DNA of 64,000 nucleotides from Perkinsus olseni (Eukaryota): NCBI GenBank assembly GCA_013115125.1, contig JABANN010000043.1, positions 1 to 64,000 of the forward strand, read 5' to 3'. Shown piece by piece: positions 53,132 to 64,000 of this stretch (position 1 is its first letter; each line of letters starts with the position of its first letter). The notes under the pieces were generated by a model. It saw only the letters and a program-made list of their open reading frames with translations, ran no database searches and was not told where the DNA came from. The position numbers and the translations under genes were made by a program.

Positions 53132-56100
53132 ATGTCCCGGCGCTTCCTCCTCTCCCCTTCTCGCCTCGCTCTCGATAAAGCTGTTAGTGGGGCTCCATTG
53201 AGTGTCTTGGGTGGGTCTATGGGGCCATGGCATCCTAGGTCGATCCATGCAAGATACAGAACAGGTTGAGTTTCGGCCTCTTTCAGCTCGTGCCGCCAGC
53301 AACATCGCTGCCTCTCTTCGCACTCGTGCCGACTTCAACGGCGATTCGTTCCGCGAGAAGGTAGCCGACTCGCAACCCCTTCACGCTTCAACCATGTTCT
53401 CGTAGGTTGCACAGGTGCACATTCAGACCGCCCCCAAGTACCACGACAAAAGAGTCTTCAACTTTTCCGCCGGCCCAGCTGCTCTTCCCGATGAGGTAAG
53501 CCAACCCGTCCTCGTCATCGTCTCTGGATGTCGATCGTACTACTGTCCAGCCACTGCGGCGAGGGTGATTGAAGTCGCACCTCTTGCTTGGTGGAGCATG
53601 GTGATTGTTTTTGGCATTGTCGTTGGTACGAGGAGCCTGACCAGATTGCGAGCTCGAGAGAATCTTTTTTCGTTATGCCTTCACCCAGCCGCGTTCCGAG
53701 CTTTTCACGCGGCTGCTCTTTGGCAACAGCGAGCCCTCAAACAACCGTCGATTTCGGTTCAGCGTTCTTCAATATTGTTTGCACATTGCGTCTTCAGTGC
53801 CGCCCACTGTCGATCCTGTTGGGCCTTCTTCCCGTCGGCGTTATGTGAACAAGACAAATCTTCACGTCGCTTTGGCAAATTAAGTCTGACATTTTCGTAT
53901 AAGGTTGAGAGTACGCGTTGTAATGTGATAGTGGATAACTTTGAGGACACAGCCAGTTACACCACATTTGCAGTCCTCATATTTTACGCGGTGCAAATTG
54001 GGTTTTCAAACTCTTTTTGTTGCCGCATCAGCTTAGATATTCTGAGGGAGACAGACCAGATCTCGCTCAGTGGTTGGTGGTGGTTGCTAGCGTGCCCTTA
54101 CTCAGGTTATGTACGAAGCCCAGCGTGATTTTTCTAACTATGCTGGCACCGGTATGGGCGTCATGGAGCTCTCCCACCGTGATGTGGAGGGGCCCTTTCA
54201 GACGGTAAGCAACTGATGGTCATGATCACTCTGATCACTCTGCCGGGGGGTGGTCAGCTGACGGTGTAGCGTATCTTTGTTCGACGGCGGTCTGTCAACA
54301 ATGATGTAAATCGCTTTTTGAAGTGCTTTACATTGGGCAGGGCAGGTGCGCGTCGTGAGTTTATCATCCCAAATCACCGTGTCGCGTATCCATCCACACC
54401 TCTCGGCTCTGGTCATCGTTGATTTGTGGCAGGTGCTTGCCCAAGCTGAGGATCGTCTGAGGGAGATGTTACACATCCCGGCTAACTACAAGGTAAGTAG
54501 GTTTAGCGCTCGCCCTGGTGATCGATTTGAGTTGTCGGTCAGGTCATGTTCTTGCAAGGAGGTGCTCATGCTCAATTCTCCGGCATACCGCTGAACCTAT
54601 TCCGCCCTGAGCTCGGCCACAAGGTGAGAAAAAATGCAGTCGCTCGGGATAGAACTCGGGACCATCGCCCTGTCATCATCAGGTGGTCGAGTATATCGAC
54701 ACTGGATATTGGGGTCAGCGTAGCCTCGGTGAATGTGCTAGAATGATTGGTGGAGACAAAATCAAGGTCATCAATAAGGAGTTCAACGCCAGTCTCCCTG
54801 CGAATGTCAGAGGCCTCCCAGGTGAGTAAGAGGGTAATCGAAAGGTCTCCGGTTCGAATCCCAGAGCTGTGGTAATCGTTTAATCAAAAACTGCTTCGAA
54901 TTCGGTCGTCCTGACATATCTGTCGTATGGGAGGGGAAAGTTGCGGTTTTTGTGGTATGGCCAACTCGTTCAGTAGAGGCCCTGGCCGTTCTATGCTTGG
55001 CCGAATAGGGGTTCAATATTTTCACCGGCTTTGTGTAAAGCTGCTCTTCGGGGTCATTTCGATGCCGAGCCATGCATAGGTTTGGATGATCTTGGGATCT
55101 ATGCTTTGTTTATTTACCGCAGACTGTTGGTCGAGTTGATTGCTTTTCGGATGGTATCCGGAGGTTGAGCGTGGAAGATTCAAAAAAGGTCGGGTAGATG
55201 ACCATTGCTTATCAGGATACTCCGATCTCGACCTAACCACCCCAGCCTCGGAAGTCTCCTTTACTCACTTCACGGCCAACGAGACGATGGAAGGTCTCGA
55301 GTACCTTGATGACAGCATGGCTGCGGCATTGAAGGAATCTGGACGAGATGTGGTCATCGATATGACCAGCACTCTCCTCTCCAGGCCAATCAACGTTGAG
55401 AAGTAGGCAAAGCCCAACCAGGCGCGCATTCGTCCGTTAGCTCGCGACGGTTTTGACAAAGGTTGAAGATTTCTTACTGAAATTTATTATTTTTGAGTAT
55501 ATTATTTATTATATTTTAATACAACAGTAATGAACAGTATCGTAGTATTACTTGGTAATAATATTATTTATTTGCTTGGTGGCTAATCGTGTTGTACTAA
55601 TTGTCGTATCTGCTTTGAAGCGGACTGAAAAATTGCATGCGCCCACACGCACGCAATGATCGAAAGGGGAGACAATACCCTCCGCTCGCTCCGCAATTGA
55701 GAGATGGGTGATTGAGCTAGAGCTTCTCCTCTGCATGTTGATGGTTGTCAGTCTCTCCTGCTTGTTGTCAGCTATGGCGTTATCTACGCATCGGGCGGTA
55801 AGAATCTTGGCCCAGCTGGCGTCTGTCTTGCCATCGTCAGAGAGGATCTTATCAGGCCGGTGAGTGACGGGAAAAGGGGACCGCTGGCGACGGCCTACCT
55901 TCATCGAGAATATAAGAATATCTTTACATGGATGAAATAGCAGTATGAAAGATAGTAATTTCAATGAGATGATAATAATTCGGTATTTTATGAAGTCGAG
56001 TGATTTTGTATCGTTCCTTTGGGGCTGTAGGTGACGCCATGGGGTTTCTCCTCTATTCGTACTCACCCTCACTATAAGCCTTTACCTAGACATAGATAAT

Positions 56101-57020
56101 GTTGACGAAATAGTGGTATAAAAAAGTTACGTAAATATTCTCAATGATGGAATAATAATAAAGTCTTTTATGGACGGATGGGGTATTACAATCTCCATGT
56201 GTTCACTTGAAAGTATGTCGTAGGTTGTAGCGCACGCCATTTCGATCGATTATGGTAGACTGTCGTTCATGTCCTTCTGCTTCAGAGTTCCCCACCGTAT
56301 GTTTGCCCATCGTTCATTGACTTTCACATCCAGTCAACCTCGACACCGCTGTGCAGTCTGTACAACACTCCGCCCACCTTCGCCATCTACATGGTCAATC
56401 TCGTCCTCGGCTACTATCAGAAGGCCTATGGTCAGAGCGATACGTTGGCCAATGTTCAGAAGAAGGCTATGTAGGAGAAGTGGAGGGACCGGGGATCGAA
56501 CCTGCGTGTATTTTCAGTCGACGAGCTGCGCAGGTTTGGGGCACGGTAGATCGCTCTAATGGCTTCTACACTGTAATATCGGCCACTGTTCACCTCCGCC
56601 GTCGCTCACTACTGTCTGCTTTGGCTCCGCTTCTATGGCGGTCCAAGTTGCATTTTTACGGTATGTGCAGCAGTATGTTCTCAGAGCCCCGTTCGCCCCG
56701 CTGATCGCAGCCGCATGTCGGTCTGTTTGAGGGCCCGTGGTGAGGACAGGTCTCTGGAGGACCGCTTCGTAGCGGAGGTGGGATGGGCAATTTCGTGGCG
56801 CGCGACATTGTTGGTGATGATGATTCAGGCTGAGGATGCTGGCCTGTTTCAACTGCAAGGCAATAAGATAACAGGAGGACTTCGCGTTACGCTGTACGAT
56901 TGTTGCTGCAGGGATTCGAACCGGAGACCTTTCGATTACCGTAGATACAACGGTGTCAAGGACGAGGCCGTCAACGCTGCTTGCAAATTTATGGAAGACT
57001 TTGCCAGACGCTATCATTAG
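53132..57020 (+). CDS. serC: Phosphoserine aminotransferase (class V PLP enzyme) with N-terminal extension, multi-exon
   Basis: VFNFSAGPAALPDEV; MELSHR; FLQGGA; TGYWG; ANETMEG; DMTSTLLSRP; YASGGKNLGPAG; SLYNTPPTFAIY; GGLRVTLYN. Confidence 0.93.
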
Positions 57021-57721
57021 GCCAGGGTAAAGGGCGTTAGGCGTTAGGATCCCTCGACAGGCCCCTTTTTCCCGGCAGGTATCGTCTTTTGGTCTGCAGT
57101 ACATACGTTTTGCTAAATCGATCGCTTGATCGATTTGTCATCGCCATGGAGTCAATCAGGCCAGACCCCCTTGATAGACTCTTTCGGCCGATCTCAATTC
57201 TGTCCACTCTTATTAATCTCTCTTATCAAATTTTCCCTACGTCGTCGTCATCGTCGAATCCCCTGGCAAACATCAGTGGATAAACCCTTCAATTCTGGCA
57301 TTTTTACAGTCCAAAAGCCACACTTGGAGGTCACTCAGGTAGGTGAGACACGTGATAATCGATCAACTGGGCGTAGCGAAAAGTGTTGATCGGTGTAATG
57401 CTCTCTCAGGTTCTTCATACATATCTGTCATTACCCTGTCAAATGAGTCCGAAGATTCAACAATCGTGGATCGGATAATTTCGCATCGCGGCAGTTGGTA
57501 TATCATGACCGATTGATCGGGCCAGATCCCCTCGTTTGATCGGTTTGTTGCGCGAAGAAATTTTCCGAGGTTCTATGGTTGATAATCTGTACGGCTCTGA
57601 GTCGCGAGAAGTACCCTTAGGGTACTCATCTTGCAATCTTGTCACCACTTGTTCTCCCTTAAGGGGCTGTTTTTGGCTGTCACGAGAAACTGTTCCGGTT
57701 GCGTTGGTTAATGTTGATGGA

Positions 57722-57797
57722 TAGGCGTCCTTCTGGGATTGAACCCGGTATCAGACGAAGCGCAATTCAGCGCTCCACCAGTTGCGCTGCAAGAGCT
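57722..57797 (-). pseudogene. Degenerate full-length tRNA-like sequence
   Basis: Reverse complement has A-box-like AGCGCAACTGG and GGGTTCAATCCC at tRNA spacing, but the stems pair poorly. Confidence 0.5.
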
Positions 57798-57861
57798 GCG
57801 AGAGATCGGATTCCAAGCTCACCAGCGTCCGCTGCGGGGTTAGCGGTTAATAGTGTCTACT

Positions 57862-60146
57862 ATGATTCCCTGGTGAATGCCTGACCATCTATCGATTTTG
57901 CTACATCACCATCAGCACTCGGCAGACCATCACCCTTATCAGGTGAGAATGATAGCGAGTACGGTTCTCCAAGGACGCCTCTCATCAGGCCATCGGGAGC
58001 AACTCGGTCGAGAGAACCATGTAATAGCGGGGAAACGGCTGGCGTGAATCGGTCGCTTTGGTTCGAAGAAACGATGAGAATTTCCGAAATGTATTGGCGG
58101 TGAATGTACGAGGGCCTCTGGGGTGGGCCAGCGTGGACTTCACGAGAGGCAAAGCAACAAGGAGCTGATGAGTTGTGGGCGTCTAGGTCATCGCTGGCTC
58201 AGCGGCATAACCTGATGGATGGTGCAGCTCAAGGGACATGCTTCGCGAACACCCAAGGGATTCCTGGATTGCCGGGCTCGGGTTCCTTTGGGATGCCGGG
58301 GCAGCAACCGGCAGCAGGAATGATGCCACCATCACAACAACAGCAACAACAACAGCAGCAGCAGCAGCAGCAGCCGACTGGTATTCTCGGTCGGATTACT
58401 CACACGGATGCAGAAGAAATGTATTGAGCGTTTCGGTGGGAGAAATTACTCGCTGTTCCACAGGAGCGATACTGATTTTAGTCGCACCAGCCCGTGGAAA
58501 ATAATGATATCGGGATACTCTTCCGAAAATGGTATAACTGTTTCTGCTCGAGGAATGGAGTACTCCCCGAGGTGCAAGGCACTAGTTAGCAGTACTAGAG
58601 TGGTCGGCTGAAGGGCCGTCAGAAGCTCTTCTCGAGAGGAGCTCTCGGACGCTGTTATCGCACCCCAGTAGACTCCGGCTCACGACCGTGAATGAACTCA
58701 GCAATGGGAGGTTCTTACAGCGGTGCTGCGGCCTGGGAGTCGGATCGTCGACAGTTTGGGTGCTGCTCGGCTGCGAGGTACGGTGGTGCCTGCTCCGCCG
58801 GCAGGAGCGCCGCAGACCTACCCTACTGTCCCCCCGACAGCTGCGAATCCTCCGTCGGACAACAATCACAAGGCGCCGGATGATATAGGGTGAGATATGG
58901 ACGTGCCGGGGTTTGAACCCGGGGCCTTCTGCATGCAAAGCAGACGTGATACCACTACACCACACGCCCGACGCAGAATATCCGCATCATTTGACCGCCC
59001 ACCAGATACGATGCTGCATCAGCGAGGTCGGCAAACCGAGTTTCCTTCCTCGTACTAGGTGCTGCGGCTTCCCTTGGAGCTTTGATAGGGCTGTGGCTCC
59101 GAGGGTGGGTTCGCGACCACGAGATCGCCCTCATGCGCATGACCACTTCTCAGAGGTGGTGGCAGCGGTCGTGATGACTCCGACAGCGACATGGAAAGTA
59201 ACTGCTCCTGAGTGTGCCTGAACGTTGTGACTTCTTCTCGTAGTGAATGATTGTTGTGTTCACATGAGGGTTATCACTCTACCAAACGTGGCTGCTTCGC
59301 TCTGGCTACGTGGACTGGTTTTGAGGGAGTGATGGGTGCGCTGTCAGTGCGATGTTGGAGTCGCTGTTGTCTTTTCCCTTTGGTCATCTCATCAACGGGA
59401 TGCTCCATCATCACGGTCAAACGGTAAGGTGTTGCGTCTTCTGTCCCCGACTTCTCTTCCAGTCAGTTCAGTGCCTTCTCGCTTCGCCCGGTGGAGGCCA
59501 GCGGGGACGGGGACGCTAAAGGCTCTGCTGAGTAGGTTCGGTGAGGTCGTAGCAGTGGCAAGAAACTGTGAACTCACAGGTCATCGTTCGCGGGTGGGAT
59601 GGCACCCCCTCTCCCACCGGGGGCTCCACCGGGAGTAGGCCTACCACAGCCGCCACAGTCGGGTTCCGGGCCGCAAGGTGGGTGCCTTCTACATGCCCTA
59701 CATCACACTCAGATGGTAACCCTTGACGACCGAATTGGTCAGGCTTCGGTCCCCCACCTCCATCATCAACGCTCCCACCTGGGGTCCCTCCTCCCCCTCC
59801 TCCGAGCGGGCTGGGTTCTGGTGTGCAGCAACCCATCAACGCCTACGGGCCAACCTCCGCTGAGCCACCGAGTGTCAGAGTCAGCGGCGATGCGTACTGC
59901 GAGCGGCTGACTGACCAGGCCTCTCGCCACTGAGGATGGTAGGTACGCCAACGAGGCCAACAGAGCAGCAGAACGGATATCCATGCTGGTCCTGGGAGGC
60001 GCTGCTGCCTGTGGCACTCTAGCAGGCATGTGGTTGGCCAAGTGAGACTATGAAATGTACTTATAGATGATGATCTCGGCTCTCAGGCCCGGCGGTGCTG
60101 CTGGTGGTGATTCTGACTCCGACATGGACTCCGATAACGACTGATA
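57862..60146 (+). CDS. One or two multi-exon low-complexity (Q-rich, P-rich) genes; structure unresolved
   Basis: PolyQ exon about 58190-58380; Pro-rich exons 59600-59870; last exons YANEANRAAERISMLVLGGAAACG / DSDSDMDSDND*; clear GT-AG sites. Confidence 0.4.
58898..58969 (-). tRNA. tRNA-Ala(TGC), antisense within a probable intron
   Basis: GGGCGTG...CACGTCC-A acceptor; anticodon arm TCTGC-TTTGCAT-GCAGA; GGGTTCAAACCC; GTGAG donor at 58890. Confidence 0.93.
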
Positions 60147-60254
60147 AAGCATGTATTTCGTGGCATGGATATTGTCATTTTCTGTCACTGGATGGCTTTG
60201 AGCTGCTCTTGTGGGGGCTCCTGCGGAATGTGTATTCAAACTCTCGCAGTTGTG

Positions 60255-63200
60255 ATGCAAGGTGTAGTCACTGCCACCCACAATCACTTCAATACCCCAC
60301 CGGAACCTAGAGCACTGGGGAACGAGATTGATGGCAGCGGGAGCCTGGATGATTTCACCGAACTAGCGCCTTTGGGGGAGGGAGCCTACTCCTCAGTGTA
60401 AATGACCATTAACGAGAATTGGGTTTCTATTGGGACACCCGTCAGGTATAAAGTCTTGCGGAAATCAGACCGGAAGGTATACGCGTTAAAGAAGGTTAAA
60501 CTGCCTAGCCTGTCGGAGAAGGAGAGGCAGAACTCGTTGAATGAAGTTCGGTTGCTGGCGAGCATCAAACACGAGTCTGTTATTGCGTAAGCGAGAGTTA
60601 ATATAGCCGGATGGCGGGATCGAACCGCCGACCTTCAGTATACAAGACTGACGCTCTACCACTAAGCTAAACCGGCTTAGTGTTGTTGTGTGTACCTGCC
60701 GGGACGTCCGTATCCTTTGTTGTTATCGCTCCCCCTCCATCAGTTACAAGGAAGCCTTCTTCGATGATCGGGCACATCAGCTCTGCATAGTTACCGAGTA
60801 CGCTGATGGCGGCGATCTTTTTCAAAAAATCGTAACCAAATAAATCTCGGAGTATTGGCTGCTGAAATCCAGCATCTGTAGGTCCAGCATCAGAAATCGC
60901 GGGTGTACATGAGGGAGCAGGATGTCTGGCGCATTTTCATCGGTATGTGCTACGGTCTCAAGGTAGGGAGCTCGCGGCGAGGCCCGCGCCCTTCGGAGTG
61001 GTCTTCAGGCGCTTCACGATTTGAAGATCCTCCACAGAGATTTGAAAAGCGCCAACGTCTTCTTAACGCGCAGTGGTGATGTTAAACTTGGGGACTTCAA
61101 CGTCTCCAAGGTTGCCAAGCGTGGCCTGCTCTACACACAGACCGGGACCCCCTACTACGCCAGCCCAGAAGTGAGCTCAGCCAGGCCCTTCAAGCCGCTA
61201 TAGCGGTGTCCGGTAGGTATGGAAGGACATGCCGTATGACATCAAGAGCGACATCTGGTCACTGGGGTGCGTACTCTACGAGATGGTCGCCCTTCGACCC
61301 CCTTTCCGGTGAGACAGCGGTCTCCCCAACTGAGTTAGTGAGTCTCGTGTGACGTCAGGGCCGACGATATGGAAGGTCTATACCGGAGAGTCCTTCGAGG
61401 AGTCTTCCCTCGTATACCCCCATGCTTCAGCCCCGACCTCACACAGGTGACACGCCTACCTACGCCCGGGCACTTTAGACTAAACGGCTTAGGTTATCAG
61501 CATGCTACTGATAGTGAACCCTCACCACCGACCAACCATCCCTCAACTGCTGCATCAGCCCGTCATGCAACGTCGAATAAGAGAAATTCACAACGTAGCT
61601 GACACGGCATCTCGTTCCCGTCCACAAGGGCGTGCAGGTGCGCAACCCATCAGTGATGGAGGGAGATTCTGGCGGCGGTGGACTGTTGAGCACCATCAAG
61701 CTACCCAAGAATGCTAGCGCCACAGATCTTGCAAAGTAACCGGCCTCGCTGGTCTCAGCGAGGCCAATCAGCTTGGCCCAGTGTCGATTGGAGAGCCGGC
61801 ATCCTCTTGGTTGTAACGCCGCCTTCTTCGTAGTATAATGCCGAAGCCTCGCTACGGAGACGACAGGCCAGTGGAAGAGAGTGCGAGCTACGTCCCGCAG
61901 CAGCCCACAGCAGCAGCAGCGTCCGTGGCCCCCTGTCCTCCCGCAAATACTGAATCATTCCCAATTTAGATTTCAACCTCCCCGCAACACCCCTCCGTCG
62001 CGCAAAGGAGCGGAAGAGGTTCCACAGCAGGCTAACCAGCATTCCACCCAAGCGCCGGAGCCTCATCGCTTCGAGGCGTGCCCGCTGTCGCCCATCAAAG
62101 AGAGCAGTAGCGGCGATCTGGCCGGCGGGTGAGGGAAGTCACCACTGCTTGTGTGACTTTCGATGTAGCTCATGCAGACCTCGACCGAACCCAAACGCCC
62201 TCCTCCACGAGCTGGACGATGCTCTCGATCGTTTACAACAAGAGCAGCAGCAGATCAATGAGCGTCGTCGGCAGCAGCAGCCGCCGCAGCACGAGAGAGG
62301 AAATCAGAAGCAGGGTGGTGCTTACCGACAGTTTGTTGGGAATCCTCCCGCGGTCTATAACGAGTATTGTGCGAACGTCAACAACAGGTATGAGGAGCAC
62401 CGAGTGCTAGTTTACCCTAATACATCACAGATACTACCTACAAGGGTCGGGTGCGGCACGGAGGGAGGCTGGTAGGCGAGTCGGCAGCGCGGTCTCCAAG
62501 AGAGTAAGCACTTGTCAGACATGCTGGAATGGTCTAGTTGGTTATGACGATCGCCTCACACGCGATAGGTCCCGAGTTCGATTCTCGGTTCCAGTATTTT
62601 GTTCTATTTTAGTCTGCCGGTTCCAGCTACCGACCTCGACCCATCCAATACGGCGCTGGCAGACACTACTACGGCGCCTCTCCCAACACACGCGTCCCCA
62701 GCAGGCCTATCCACGGTAAGCTTTCCGGGTATGCTGGACATCCATACTCTCGAGTTCAGGCTCGAACGTCGTCCATTCCGGCGGTGCTCCGCCGCAGCAG
62801 TACGGCGTCAACCGGAGGGGAGGACCAACCTCTAGGGGAAGTGAGGAACATCCCTCAAGCAGACTCACTGCCCGCCTGGATAGTATTTTCTATCTCATCA
62901 TGTGCCATCTCAGGTCCACCACAGGGCCTGCCGCAGATCCACGGTCATCATGCCGCGTACCATGGAGGTGATGCTGCTGCAACACTCGACCATCCTCCCT
63001 CTTCCCGTCAGGTATTCGGTACGGTGGAGGCGGTGGGGCCTATGCTGCATACCATCATGGAGGCCACCACCATCAGAGGGCCCCTAGGTGAGTGGGATCC
63101 CTTCTGCTTCCTTTGAACGTTTTCTTGTCAGTGGTTCGCGCCGTGTCCTGCCGACACCCTCCCACCTCGGAGTGGGCAGTATCGCCCTCCTGCAGAATAA
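60255..63200 (+). CDS. NIMA-related (NEK) Ser/Thr kinase with low-complexity C-terminal tail; 3' end approximate
   Basis: [82 protein letters not shown]. Confidence 0.92.
60605..60676 (-). tRNA. tRNA-Thr(TGT), antisense within NEK intron 2
   Basis: GCCGGTT...ATCCGGC-T; TAGCTTAGTGGTAGAGC; anticodon arm TCAGT-CTTGTAT-ACTGA; GGTTCGATCCC. Confidence 0.93.
62523..62596 (+). tRNA. tRNA-Val(CAC), sense within an intron of the NEK 3' region
   Basis: GCTGGAA...TTCCAGT-A then TTTT; anticodon arm ATCGC-CTCACAC-GCGAT; GAGTTCGATTCTC; GTAAG donor at 62504. Confidence 0.93.
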
Positions 63201-63431
63201 TAGAGGCAGACCCAGAGTGAGAGGCCCCCTAGTACAGGGTGCTTCCGAACAGTGCCTCCGTTCAGGTGTAGTCCAGTCGCCATCATCAGCATGCACGATT
63301 CTACTGTCTGTTCCTCCGTTGTCCAATTCCCTTGCCTCGCGTTCGAGTCTTTCCCAACAACTACAATAAACGCAACAACGAACACCTCCAAGAAACACTT
63401 AAATTCACACAACTTCAAAATATTCTCATCA

Positions 63432-63981
63432 TCAGTCATCCTCACCTCGATAACCCCTTCCCATTATCCCCTTCCCCTTCCTAGCAGGTACTGCCTCATA
63501 GTAAAATCCTTTACCCCATACGGGAGGCGCATAACCCCATCCCTTCCCTTTTCCCTTCGCCGGGACAACCCAATAGCCCTTCCCCTTCCCAAACCTCGAA
63601 AACTCTTGATAATCTTGCCTTCCCTTGCCTTTTCCTAACGCTATATATCTACCCTTTCCTCCCTTCCCCATTGCTTCAGTATCGCTCTCTGCTTCACTTT
63701 CCGAGTCGGACTGGGCCGCCACACCTTTGCCCTTTCCCTTCCATCGAGGAAGATAACCCTTTCCCTTCCCCCAAGGAGTATAGTATCCTTTGCCGCCCTT
63801 CGGGTAATGACCAACGTAAAAGCCATAACCCTTGCCCTTACCCTTCCTCGGAAAATCTTGCTCACCTTGCCATCCCTTGCCTTTCCCCAACGCGTAGAAT
63901 CTCCCTTTCCCACCTTTCCCCCTCCTCTGAATGTCTTTCTCGAAACCTGAACCAGCCGATCGCGTTCTATTCTTCTCCTCA
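63432..63981 (-). CDS. Last exon of a GKGKG-repeat, aromatic-rich low-complexity protein; 5' end probably outside window
   Basis: Frame open from about 63981; many GKG(K)G(Y/W) motifs; internal duplication GKGGKGRFYALGKGKG / GKGGKGRYIALGKGKG. Confidence 0.7.
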
Positions 63982-64000
63982 CTAGGAGCCTTCGGGGAAT

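Noticed and set aside
53415-54128. 237-aa ORF as a standalone gene
   Set aside because: Only the first part is a serC exon; the rest is intron read-through

Overview
Eukaryotic genomic DNA with many short (about 45-60 nt) GT-AG introns. Gene content and intron style suggest a Perkinsus-like alveolate (inference). About 1-12 kb is repeat-rich: two copies of an intronless, apparently secreted protein family (third copy at 16.7-17.5 kb), an LTR+PBS+truncated gag remnant, a 715-bp TIR element and several long hairpins. About 12.8-64 kb is gene-dense: a BTB/POZ protein, LSG1 GTPase, Mpv17/PMP22, a DHRS4-like SDR ending in PTS1, a divergent PRPP synthetase, two tandem alpha/beta-hydrolases, phosphoserine aminotransferase, a NEK kinase and a GKGKG-rich protein. 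There are four intact tRNA genes, three of them in introns. The main unusual signal is that introns of unrelated genes repeatedly carry tRNA 3'-half modules (B-box/T-loop, often followed exactly 13 nt later by a T-run) and three other recurrent short motifs. Multi-exon gene limits were read by eye and are approximate where stated.
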